This document shows, piece after piece, positions 56,283 to 64,000 of a DNA stretch of 64,000 nucleotides (position 1 is its first letter; every line of letters begins with the position of its first letter). A program made the position numbers and the translations under genes. The notes below the pieces were generated by a model, which saw only the letters and a program-made list of their open reading frames with translations, searched no databases and was not told the origin of the DNA. Source of the DNA: Burkholderiales bacterium (GTDB lineage: Bacteria; Pseudomonadota; Gammaproteobacteria; Burkholderiales; SG8-39); the NCBI GenBank assembly GCA_040902335.1, contig JBBDXL010000101.1, positions 24,579-88,578 of the forward strand, in the 5' to 3' direction.

Positions 56283-57542
56283 CTAAGCTGCGCGCTGAGC
56301 GCCTGCGTCTTCGCGGTGTGCGCGCTGCTCGTAGAGGAACTCCCGGCTCATGGGGTAGCTGCTGCGGGTGGCGTTGCCCTTCGAGAACACGATCTGGAAC
56401 AGGTGCGTGTAGCCGCGCGCCGAGCGGAACATCTCCGCGCAGCCGTACAGGTACACGCGCCAGACGCGCCGGAAGCGCTCATCGAACTTCTTCGGGTCGA
56501 GCGCCTGGATCTCCGCCCAGTGGCGATCGAACCTCTCGCCCCAGGCATCGAGCGTCAGCGCGTAGTGCCGGCGCAGGTTCTCGACGTCCACCACCTCCAG
56601 CCCGGCGCACTCCATGGCGGCGAGGGTGTGCGCGAGGCTCGGGATCCAGCCGCCCGGGAAGACGTGCCGGCGGATGAAGAAGTCGGTCTGGAAGTGCCCG
56701 ACGTGGCCGATGAAGTGCAGTATCCCCAGCCCGCCCGGCTTGAGGAACGCCGCGTGCGCGCGCACCACCTCGTCGAGATGGTCGCGCCCGGCGTGCTCCA
56801 GGGTGCCGATCGAGACCACCTTGTCGTACTCGCGGTGCGCGTCGCGGAAATCCGTGTCGATCACCTCGAGCGCGCGCCCGAGGCCGCGGCGCGCGATCTC
56901 GGCGCGCACCATCTCCACCTGCGAGGAGGTGTTGTTGATGCCGGTGACCCTGACGCCGAACTTCTCGTGCGCGTGGAACATGAAGCCGCCGAAGCCGCTG
57001 CCGATGTCCACCACCTCCTCGCCCGGGGCGAGGCGGAGCTTCTTCGCCACGTGCTCGATTTTGTTCTTCTGCGCTTCCTCGAGCGTCCGGGTGCCTTCCT
57101 TCCAGTAGGCGCAGGTGTACATCATGTGCGGGTCGTCGAGCCAGTAGCGGTAGAACTCGGTGCCCAGCGCGTAGTGGAACTCGGCGTTGCGCTTCGCCTG
57201 CGCCCAGTCGCGGTTGGAGAAGCGCAGCTCGTGCCAGCGGTTGCGCACGCCGGTGAGGAGCTTGGCCCTCGCCACGCCGCCCTCCAGGCCCGCGGCCATG
57301 GCGCTGGCGAGGCTGCCCTCGCAGTCGAGGTCGCCGTCGAAGTAGGACTCCAGCAGGCCGACGTGGCCGAACGCCGCTATGCGCGCGTAGGCCGCGGCGC
57401 GATTGAAGACCAGCGTGAACGCCGGCGCCTCGTCGCGGTTGCGGTACTCGCCGCCGCCCGCGAAGCGCACGGCGAAGGGAATGCGGGTGCGCTTGCCCGC
57501 CTTGCTCAGGATCGATTCGACCAGGGCTCTCACGGCCGGCAA
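56283..57542 (-). CDS. cfa: cyclopropane-fatty-acyl-phospholipid synthase family SAM methyltransferase
   Basis: 419 aa. HYALGTEFYRYWLD, VVDIGSGFGGF (SAM motif I), LEHAG, YLYGCAEMFR. Confidence 0.9.
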   Translation of the reverse strand: MPAVRALVESILSKAGKRTRIPFAVRFAGGGEYRNRDEAPAFTLVFNRAAAYARIAAFGHVGLLESYFDGDLDCEGSLASAMAAGLEGGVARAKLLTGVRNRWHELRFSNRDWAQAKRNAEFHYALGTEFYRYWLDDPHMMYTCAYWKEGTRTLEEAQKNKIEHVAKKLRLAPGEEVVDIGSGFGGFMFHAHEKFGVRVTGINNTSSQVEMVRAEIARRGLGRALEVIDTDFRDAHREYDKVVSIGTLEHAGRDHLDEVVRAHAAFLKPGGLGILHFIGHVGHFQTDFFIRRHVFPGGWIPSLAHTLAAMECAGLEVVDVENLRRHYALTLDAWGERFDRHWAEIQALDPKKFDERFRRVWRVYLYGCAEMFRSARGYTHLFQIVFSKGNATRSSYPMSREFLYEQRAHREDAGAQRAA

Positions 57543-57563
57543 TTCTACCGGCCCGGCGCGACC

Positions 57564-58394
57564 TCAGTGCGACATCAGCACCGGCACCGTCATCGCCTCG
57601 AGCAGGGTGCGCGTCGCCCCGCCGAGCACCATCTCGCGCACGCGCGCGTGCCCGTAGGCGCCCATGACGATCAGGTCCGCGGCGACGTCGGCGGCGCGCG
57701 ACAGGATCTGCGAGCCGACGTCGTAGCCCGCGCCGCTCTGGCGCGCCACCGTCACCTTCACGCCGTGGCGCGCGAGGAACAGGCCGACGTCGGCCCCGGG
57801 CTGCTCGCCGTGATGGCGCTGGCCCTTCTCCGGGTCGAAAGCGCACACCTCGACCGCCGCGGCGCGCTGCAGGAACGGCAGCGCGTCGGTGACCGCGCGC
57901 GCCGCCTCGCGCCCCGCGTCCCAGGCGACGAGCACGCGCTTGCCGAGCGCGGGGAAACGCCCCGCGTAGGGCACGAACAGCACCGGGCGGCCGGCGGAGA
58001 ACACCAGCTCGTCGGCGAGGCCGCGCAGGCCGCCTTCGTCCCCGGCCTCGGGCTGGCCCGCCACCACCAGGTCGGCGTAGCGCGCGGACAGGCGCACGGC
58101 CGCCGCCGGGTCGGCCTGCGAGCTGCGCCATTCGGCGCGCCCGCCGAAGCGCCGCGAGGCGTCGCGAAAGCGGCGCTCGGCCTCGCCCAGCATCTCGGCG
58201 TTGCGCTTCTCGAGCAAGTCGCGCAGCAGCGGCCCGCCCTCGGCCAGCGCGTACGACGGCAGCCGCGGGACACCGGGTGCGAACAGCCCGACGACGTGGG
58301 CGTCGAACTCGTCGGCGAGGCTGCAGGCAAGCTCGAGCCGCTCCGTGCTGCGCGGCTGGTGATCGAGGTGCACGAGGATCGTCTTGTAGGTCAT
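57564..58394 (-). CDS. universal stress protein, tandem UspA domains
   Basis: 276 aa. MTYKTILVHLDH...LVVAGQ...VMGAYGHARVREMVLGGATRTLLEAMTVPVLMSH. GGAGAG Shine-Dalgarno sequence. Confidence 0.9.
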   Translation of the reverse strand: MTYKTILVHLDHQPRSTERLELACSLADEFDAHVVGLFAPGVPRLPSYALAEGGPLLRDLLEKRNAEMLGEAERRFRDASRRFGGRAEWRSSQADPAAAVRLSARYADLVVAGQPEAGDEGGLRGLADELVFSAGRPVLFVPYAGRFPALGKRVLVAWDAGREAARAVTDALPFLQRAAAVEVCAFDPEKGQRHHGEQPGADVGLFLARHGVKVTVARQSGAGYDVGSQILSRAADVAADLIVMGAYGHARVREMVLGGATRTLLEAMTVPVLMSH

Positions 58395-58445
58395 CGTTCT
58401 CTCCAGGTTCCTGCGGCCATCATGCCCGACGCGCTCCTGCGGGGA

Positions 58446-58459
58446 TTGACTTAGGTCAA
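58446..58459. promoter_or_regulatory. FNR-type box TTGACTTAGGTCAA
   Basis: Centre at 58452.5. The USP ATG 58394 is at -58.5 and has a Shine-Dalgarno sequence. ATG 58493 is at +40.5, with TAGGCT at -12 to -7. Confidence 0.75.
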
Positions 58460-58492
58460 CCGGGCGCGGGCCGCGCTCGCTAGGCTCATCCC

Positions 58493-59068
58493 ATGCCGTG
58501 CGCGATGCGCTGTGCGTTGATCCTGGCGGCAGCCGCGCTTTGCGGCTGCCAGTCGCTGCTGCCGCGGGCGGACCTCGCCACGCAGCAGGCCTGGGGCGAC
58601 TTCGAGGAGGCGCGCGCGGCCATCGCGCGCATCGCGCCGAAGCAGACCACGCGCACCGAGCTGTCGGCCGCGGGCATCGATCCCCTGAAGAACGCCTCGG
58701 TCTCCATCCGAGGCCTGCCCGACGTCATGCAGCGCTTCACCGTGGGCACGGCGGTCGACGCGCAGGACCTCGACCCCGGCATTCGCGAGTGCCTGGCCGC
58801 AGGCAATGCCTGCACCGGCTACGCGATCCTCGTGCGACGCAGCGACCGCCGGAGGATCGGCAGCTTTTGGGCCGACATCTTCAACTTCCGCCGTGAAACC
58901 GACGTCACCGGCTGGACCTTCAACGCGCTGATCCTGTTCGTCGGCGACACCGTGGTGTACACGGTGCACGGCGGCCAGCCGCGCATCTACGAGAAGGAAG
59001 TGAGCCGCAACCCGCTCGGTCCGCTGCAAGGCCTGGGCGAGGCGGCGGGCTCGGCGCTCACGCGCTAG
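58493..59068 (+). CDS. putative lipoprotein of unknown function
   Basis: 191 aa. The signal peptide with a lipobox-like sequence is ALILAAAALCGCQ. The alternative start is ATG 58505. Confidence 0.6.
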   Translation: MPCAMRCALILAAAALCGCQSLLPRADLATQQAWGDFEEARAAIARIAPKQTTRTELSAAGIDPLKNASVSIRGLPDVMQRFTVGTAVDAQDLDPGIRECLAAGNACTGYAILVRRSDRRRIGSFWADIFNFRRETDVTGWTFNALILFVGDTVVYTVHGGQPRIYEKEVSRNPLGPLQGLGEAAGSALTR

Positions 59069-59069
59069 G

Positions 59070-60497
59070 TCAAACCCCCGTCGCCTCGGCCATTAGCGCG
59101 CGCCACTGCCGGTAGCGCGCGCGCAGCTCATGGTCCGCCGCGGGGGCGAAAACGTCCTCGCCCCCCGCGGCGTTCCACCCGGCGGGCCGCCCCGCGGCGA
59201 GATAGGCGATGCCGCGCGCGCTCGCCTCGGGATCCTCGCGCCGGTGCACGGGCAGGCCGCTCACCGCGGCGAGCCGCCGGCACAGGCCGTCCAGGCGCGA
59301 CACGCCGCCGCTCACGCGCATGCGCCGCGCGGGCGGCACGTACCGCGCCATGTGGTCGATGTTCGCCTGCAGCAGGAAGGCGATGCTCTCCACCACCGCC
59401 ACCGCCTTTTGCCGGGGCTCGCCCTCGCCTTCGAAGCGCGAGACGAAATCGGCCCTCCAGAACGGCCCGCCCAGCCCGGCGATGCCGTTGAGGAACAAAG
59501 GCGGCGACCCCGATCGCTCGAGCCAGGCGGGAAGTCGGGCGGCGACGTCCCGGATGCCCAGCGTCTCCTCGAGCCAGGCGAGCGCCGTGCCGGCGCCGTT
59601 GACGTTGCCTTCCACCATGTAGACCGTAAGGTCGCGCTCGGCGAGGATGATGCCGGTGAGCTGGCGCGGCACGTGGCCGGGCGAGCGCGTGAGCGCGCGC
59701 TGCACGAAGGCGCTGGTGCCGATGTTGACGTAGGCGCAGTCCTCCTCCGGCCAGCCGGACGCGAACACCGCGGCCGACTGGTCGCCGTTGACCGCGGTGA
59801 GCGGCACCGAGAGGCCGGACGTCTCGAGCGTTCCCCAGTCGTGGATCGTCGGCACGCTTCGCGGCAGGACGCCCGCGGGCAGCCCGAACAGCGCGAGCAG
59901 TTCGGCATCCCAGTCGCGCGTGTGGATGTTCCACAGCTGCGTGCGTGCCGCGCATTGCGGCTCGGCGAGAAACGGCCGCTCCTTGAGCAGGCGAAAAGCC
60001 AGGAAACTCGCCATCGGGCCCCAGGCGAGCGTGCCCGCTTCCAACGCGGCGCGCACCGCCGGGAGCTCGTCGAGCGCCCAGCGCAGCTTGCTCGCGCCGT
60101 AGTGCGGCGACAGGTACAGGCCCGTCTTCCTGTGCACGGCGTCGCCGTGCTCCTTCTCGAGCGCGGCGATCCAGGCGTGCGCGCGCCGGTCCTGCCAGCT
60201 GAAGATCGGGGACAGGGCCCGGCCCGTGACGCGGTCCCAGCACACCGCGTTCGAGCGCTGGCTGGCGAGGCCGGCGGCGGAAATTTCCACCTTGCGCCCG
60301 CCGAGCGAGCGCAGGGCCTGTGCTACGGCATCGAAGATCGAGGCCACGATCTCTTCGCCGTCCTGCTCGGCCCGATCCGGCTGCGGGTGCGCCAGCGCGA
60401 TCTCGCGCACGCCGCGCGCGACGGCGCGGCCCGCCTCGTCCACCACCAGCGCGCGGCTTGCATGCGTGCCCTGATCGATGGCGAGGACGAGACTCAT
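59070..60497 (-). CDS. FGGY-family carbohydrate kinase (glycerol-kinase-like)
   Basis: 475 aa. LAIDQGTHASRALV, QRSNAVCWDR, GDQSAAVFASG, and C-terminal GGVSR... Confidence 0.9.
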   Translation of the reverse strand: MSLVLAIDQGTHASRALVVDEAGRAVARGVREIALAHPQPDRAEQDGEEIVASIFDAVAQALRSLGGRKVEISAAGLASQRSNAVCWDRVTGRALSPIFSWQDRRAHAWIAALEKEHGDAVHRKTGLYLSPHYGASKLRWALDELPAVRAALEAGTLAWGPMASFLAFRLLKERPFLAEPQCAARTQLWNIHTRDWDAELLALFGLPAGVLPRSVPTIHDWGTLETSGLSVPLTAVNGDQSAAVFASGWPEEDCAYVNIGTSAFVQRALTRSPGHVPRQLTGIILAERDLTVYMVEGNVNGAGTALAWLEETLGIRDVAARLPAWLERSGSPPLFLNGIAGLGGPFWRADFVSRFEGEGEPRQKAVAVVESIAFLLQANIDHMARYVPPARRMRVSGGVSRLDGLCRRLAAVSGLPVHRREDPEASARGIAYLAAGRPAGWNAAGGEDVFAPAADHELRARYRQWRALMAEATGV

Positions 60498-60514
60498 ACT
60501 AAGATGCTAGCCCT

Positions 60515-61498
60515 ATGGCTCGCGTCGGGGTGATCGGCGGCGGCGCCTTCGGCACCGCCATGGCGTGCGTCGTGCGCCGCTCGGGCCACGACGTGATCCT
60601 CTGGGCGCTCGAGCCGGAGGTCGTCGAGGACATCAATCGGCGCAGCCGCAACGAGCATTTCCTCCCCGGCGTGCGGCTGCCCGAGGGCATACGCGCGACG
60701 AACGACATCGGCGAGGCGGCCGCGGGCGCGGCATTCCTGCTGCTCGCGCCGCCGGCGCAACGCATGCGCGCAATCGCGGCGCGCCTCGCGCCGGTCCTCG
60801 CGCCGGGCACGCCCGTCGTGAGCTGCTCCAAGGGGTTGGAGCAGGAAAGCCTCGCCTTGATGCCGGAAGTGCTCGCCGACGCGCTGCCGGGGTCGCCGGT
60901 CGCGGTGCTCTCCGGGCCGTCCTTCGCGCGCGAAGTCGGCCAGGACCTGCCGTGCGGCGTGGCGCTCGCCAGCGGCAACGGTGCGCTCGCGCGCCGCCTT
61001 GCCGGACTGATCGCCAACCCCCGTTTCGGCGTGCAGCCGAACACGGACGTCATCGGCACCGCCATCGGCGGCGTGATGAAGAACGTGGTGGCGATCGCGA
61101 GCGGCCTGCTCGCGGGCCGCAAGCTCGGCGAGAATGCGCGCGCCACCATGGTCACGGTCGGCCTCGCGGAGGCGGTGCGCTTCGGCCTCGCCAAGGGCGC
61201 GCAGCGCGAGACCTTCGACGGCCTCGCGGGCATCGGCGACATGATGCTCACCGCCAGCAGCATGCAGTCGCGCAACACCTCGCTCGGCTTCGCGCTGGGT
61301 GAAGGCAAGACGCTCCAGGAGGTGCTCGCCGGGCGCAAGCAGGTCTTCGAAGGCGCGTTTTCGGCGCAGGCCGTGGTGAAAACCGCGCGCCCGCTGAGCG
61401 TGGACATGCCGGTGTCGTTCGCCGTGGACGAGCTGCTCAACCACGGGGCGCGCGTCGATGCCACCGTGGAACGCCTCACCGCCGCGTTTGGCGGCTAG
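60515..61498 (+). CDS. gpsA: NAD(P)H-dependent glycerol-3-phosphate dehydrogenase
   Basis: 327 aa. VGVIGGGAFGTAMA, LSGPSFAREV, GGVMKNVVAIASG, SRNTSLG. Confidence 0.95.
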   Translation: MARVGVIGGGAFGTAMACVVRRSGHDVILWALEPEVVEDINRRSRNEHFLPGVRLPEGIRATNDIGEAAAGAAFLLLAPPAQRMRAIAARLAPVLAPGTPVVSCSKGLEQESLALMPEVLADALPGSPVAVLSGPSFAREVGQDLPCGVALASGNGALARRLAGLIANPRFGVQPNTDVIGTAIGGVMKNVVAIASGLLAGRKLGENARATMVTVGLAEAVRFGLAKGAQRETFDGLAGIGDMMLTASSMQSRNTSLGFALGEGKTLQEVLAGRKQVFEGAFSAQAVVKTARPLSVDMPVSFAVDELLNHGARVDATVERLTAAFGG

Positions 61499-61576
61499 GC
61501 CCGCGCCCGGCGGGTGACATAGTGCACGCCGCCCGGCGTGCGGCCGACCTAGAATGCTCGTGGCCGGAGGGCGCCT

Positions 61577-63145
61577 ATGCTGGAACTGCTGGAGTGGGGC
61601 AAGAAGCGCGGCGACGCAGCGGCCGATCCGGGACCCGATCCGAAGGCGGCGGGAGAATCGATTGCCGGTCTCGGCGATGCGGAGCCCGCTACCGCGCTCG
61701 CGGAGCTGGCAGCGCAGCTGGAGGCGTACGGCAGCGGCGCGGGGCGGTACGAGGTGCTCGCACCGATCCAGGACGCAGGCGCGCCGCACGTCGCCGCGAT
61801 GCTGGCGCGATGCTTCGCCGGCTCGGCGGGCACGCCGGCCGCGCGCGATGTCATCTGGAAATCGCTGGCCGGATACCAGTCGCGCCTGGCGCGCGGCCTG
61901 TGCGCGTCTGCGGGCGCCCAGCTCACCGCGCAAAGCGCGGCGCGCGCCTTGTCCGCGTGCCGCACGCTCGCCAAGATCCATCTCGTGCATTACGAGAGCG
62001 TGCCGGGCAGGCTCTGGCGGGTGGCGTACGCCATACACGCCGCCGCGGAAAATGCCGGGTGCGCCACCGCGCCGGTCCACGCGCAGTCGGGTCAACGCAC
62101 GATGACCACGGTGGAGCAGGAGCTCCTGCGCCTGCTCATGCTGCGCGTGAGCGCGCCCGACATGATGGCCCCGGAGCAGATCGAGGTCACCGAGCGCGTC
62201 GTCGAGCAGCTGGGCGCCGAGTTCACGCTGCGCCAGCCCGGCGTCGCCGACAATCCCTTCTGCTTCGAGCCGGAAAGCGAATTCCCGCCGCGGCGCGCGA
62301 ATGGGCGGCAGCTGGCGGCGAGCACGCGCTATTTCGGCCCCGGCATGGGCTACGACTCTCTCGAGCGCATCGCGCGGCAGCTGCAGACCGGCAAGCTCGA
62401 GGACTTCAGGCCCTTCGGCAAGGACATGTCGCCTGCGGTGCAGTCGAGCACCGTGCAGCACCTGCGCACCTTCTGGCGTGCCGATTGCCCGTATGCGCCG
62501 CCCCAGCATGCGCCCGCCTCCGGCACGCTGCAGATCGTGCACGGCTACGGCCAGCTCTGGCAGTACCTGTCCGAGAAGCGGCAGGGCGCGCACGAGCTCT
62601 CGCTGGCCGATGCCTCGGCCGGCGCGCCGCAGCCCCCGGAAACCTGGGAGATGCAGGGCGAAGGCGGCAGCGAGCTCGGCGCGCAGGTGGCGCCGGCGAG
62701 TCGCGCCTGGGTGAAGTGCGGCGAAGTGGTCGGCGTGTCGCCGCGCGACGGCGGCGAGCGCTGGGCGGGCATGGTCCGACGCATGCACGCCGGGCCGGGC
62801 GGCGGCCTGCACGCCGACATCGCGGTCCTGAGCCGCAATCCCCGGGCGGTGTCGCTGCGCGAAGTGCTGGAACAGTACGCCGACGGCGTTTTCACCAATG
62901 CCTCGTCGCGACAATTCGTCCAGAGCAGCGTCCATGCCGTGATCCTGTCGGACGGCGCGGAGCCGTCGCTACCGCCCAACCTCCTGCTGGCGCCGGAGGC
63001 TTGGAAGGAAGGGCGCATCTACGAAGCGCAGGAGGGCGACGCCGTTCGCTACCTGCGCTGCCTGAAGGTGGTCCGGCGCGGCGGCGATTTCGTGCGCGCC
63101 ACCTTCGAGTGGCTGTCCGCGCCCGACGAGCTACCGCAGCACTAG
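61577..63145 (+). CDS. large conserved hypothetical protein
   Basis: 522 aa. Good Shine-Dalgarno sequence (GGAGG, 6 nt spacer), normal composition, and no motif I can name. The C-terminal part could be a beta-rich ligand-binding module, but that is speculative. Confidence 0.6.
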   Translation: MLELLEWGKKRGDAAADPGPDPKAAGESIAGLGDAEPATALAELAAQLEAYGSGAGRYEVLAPIQDAGAPHVAAMLARCFAGSAGTPAARDVIWKSLAGYQSRLARGLCASAGAQLTAQSAARALSACRTLAKIHLVHYESVPGRLWRVAYAIHAAAENAGCATAPVHAQSGQRTMTTVEQELLRLLMLRVSAPDMMAPEQIEVTERVVEQLGAEFTLRQPGVADNPFCFEPESEFPPRRANGRQLAASTRYFGPGMGYDSLERIARQLQTGKLEDFRPFGKDMSPAVQSSTVQHLRTFWRADCPYAPPQHAPASGTLQIVHGYGQLWQYLSEKRQGAHELSLADASAGAPQPPETWEMQGEGGSELGAQVAPASRAWVKCGEVVGVSPRDGGERWAGMVRRMHAGPGGGLHADIAVLSRNPRAVSLREVLEQYADGVFTNASSRQFVQSSVHAVILSDGAEPSLPPNLLLAPEAWKEGRIYEAQEGDAVRYLRCLKVVRRGGDFVRATFEWLSAPDELPQH

Positions 63146-63940
63146 CCTCGTCGGCTGGTGGTCGGAGGCGTCGGTGGCGAGGTCGGCGTCGATCGCCGCG
63201 ATGCGCGCCGCCACGTCCGCCGTCACCGCGAAGTAATCCCGGCAGTGCCCGCCGAGCGGCCATTGCTTGCGGTCGAACTGGCCCGTGGTCGGCGGATGCG
63301 GAGCGCCCGGCCGCGCGTGGCGCCAGGCATCGACCAGCGGCGGCTGGAACAGCGCACGGTACGCCGCGTCGTCCGGGAGGAGGTTGAAGTCTCCGCACAG
63401 CACGAGCGACGCGGGGCGCGGCGTCGGATCGTAGGGGCTCTTGTCGGGCCTGGACGGCTGCGCCTCGTTCGCGGCGACCTCGTCCTGGAGCGCGCGCAGC
63501 CGCCCGATCTGCGCGGCGCGGTGCGCTTCCGAGTAGTACTCGAGGTGCGTGGTGATCACGCGCAGCGCACCCGCTCGCGCCTCGACCACGACCTCGATCG
63601 CCTGGCGCTGCATGTGCTTGACGTCCTTGTGCGGCGGATGCGGCAGCAGGTGGTTGAAGACCTGCAGCACCGGCAGGCGCGAGAGGATCAGGTTGCCGTA
63701 CTGGCGCGCGCCGCGCGACAGCGCGGGGCCGAAGAGCGCCTCGAATCCCGGAAACAGCCCTTGCAGCTCGGCGACCTGGTCCGCGCCGTCGCCGAACGCG
63801 GGGTCGTGGCATGCGATCTCCTGCAGGCAGACGACATCCGGCTCGCCCATCGCCTTCACTACGCGCGCGATGCGCGCGAGATCGGTGACGCCGTCGCAGC
63901 CTCTGCCGTTCTGGACGTTCCAGCTGACGACGGCCGTCAT
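63131..63940 (-). CDS. endonuclease/exonuclease/phosphatase (EEP) family protein
   Basis: 269 aa. VSWNVQNG, VVCLQE, GNLILSR, CGDFN, SDHQP. Confidence 0.85.
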   Translation of the reverse strand: MTAVVSWNVQNGRGCDGVTDLARIARVVKAMGEPDVVCLQEIACHDPAFGDGADQVAELQGLFPGFEALFGPALSRGARQYGNLILSRLPVLQVFNHLLPHPPHKDVKHMQRQAIEVVVEARAGALRVITTHLEYYSEAHRAAQIGRLRALQDEVAANEAQPSRPDKSPYDPTPRPASLVLCGDFNLLPDDAAYRALFQPPLVDAWRHARPGAPHPPTTGQFDRKQWPLGGHCRDYFAVTADVAARIAAIDADLATDASDHQPTRLVLR

Positions 63941-64000
63941 TTGATCCCCGCCTGCATGAACGACTGCATGAACTGGCGCTGGAACAGCAGGAACGCGACG
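63937..64000 (-). CDS. C-terminal fragment of an ABC (carbohydrate-type) transporter permease; 5' part lies outside the window
   Basis: My own translation of the minus strand: ...VAFLLFQRQFMQSFMQAGIK, then a stop. The TGA overlaps the ATG of the EEP gene (ATGA). The C-terminal FQRQF...G.K pattern is typical of MalG-type permeases. Confidence 0.5.
   Translation of the reverse strand, partial: VAFLLFQRQFMQSFMQAGIK

Noticed and set aside
61524-61541. GCACGCCG-CC-CGGCGTGC inverted repeat after gpsA
   Set aside because: The loop is too small and there is no T-tract. It is too weak to call a terminator.

Overview
High-GC (roughly 70%) proteobacterial chromosomal segment, Burkholderiales-like by gene content. 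I call about 68 protein-coding genes. I saw no rRNA, tRNA, CRISPR array, transposase or integrase. The ORF track contains many long Arg/Ala/Pro-rich ORFs that are antisense or out-of-frame shadows of real genes, and I rejected them.

Most of the window reads as one large oxygen-limitation / persistence island.
- Regulators: an FNR regulator with its Cys cluster intact, a PAS histidine kinase with a NarL-type response regulator, and an orphan receiver.
- Stress and maintenance genes: hemN, a hemerythrin, three tandem-domain universal stress proteins, a CBS-pair protein, two HPF/RaiA-like hibernation factors (one fused to a cold-shock domain), RtcB plus archease, an extra FtsH plus a tandem-PspC protein, and PolX.
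- Ion transport: a P2-type cation ATPase, an MgtE-like channel and a Kef-type antiporter.
- Metabolism: a trehalose module (HAD, OtsB, GH65), a PRPP/NAD salvage set (Prs-like, PRTase, NAPRTase, LOG), a PDH-like E1ab/E2 set with its own acyl carrier protein, an AMP-forming ligase and a Pat-like GNAT, a CFA synthase, an Fe3+-type ABC importer fused in one operon with two kinases, and FGGY kinase plus GpsA.

Thirteen perfect TTGAY-N4-RTCAA (FNR-type) palindromes occur, and twelve of them lie in intergenic promoters. At thirteen genes the start codon sits 40.5 to 42.5 bp from a box centre (eleven perfect boxes, one imperfect). Most of these also have a -10-like hexamer at -12 to -7 (a few are shifted 1-2 nt; polX has none). 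This implies class II FNR promoters that make leaderless mRNAs, including three divergent pairs that share a single box.

Three lower-GC patches look acquired:
- a type II restriction-modification pair wedged between the E1 and E2 genes;
- a vapBC module;
- a 30.6-32.5 kb patch of orphan genes.

All functional calls come from reading the translated ORFs (motifs and remembered family signatures). No database search was possible.
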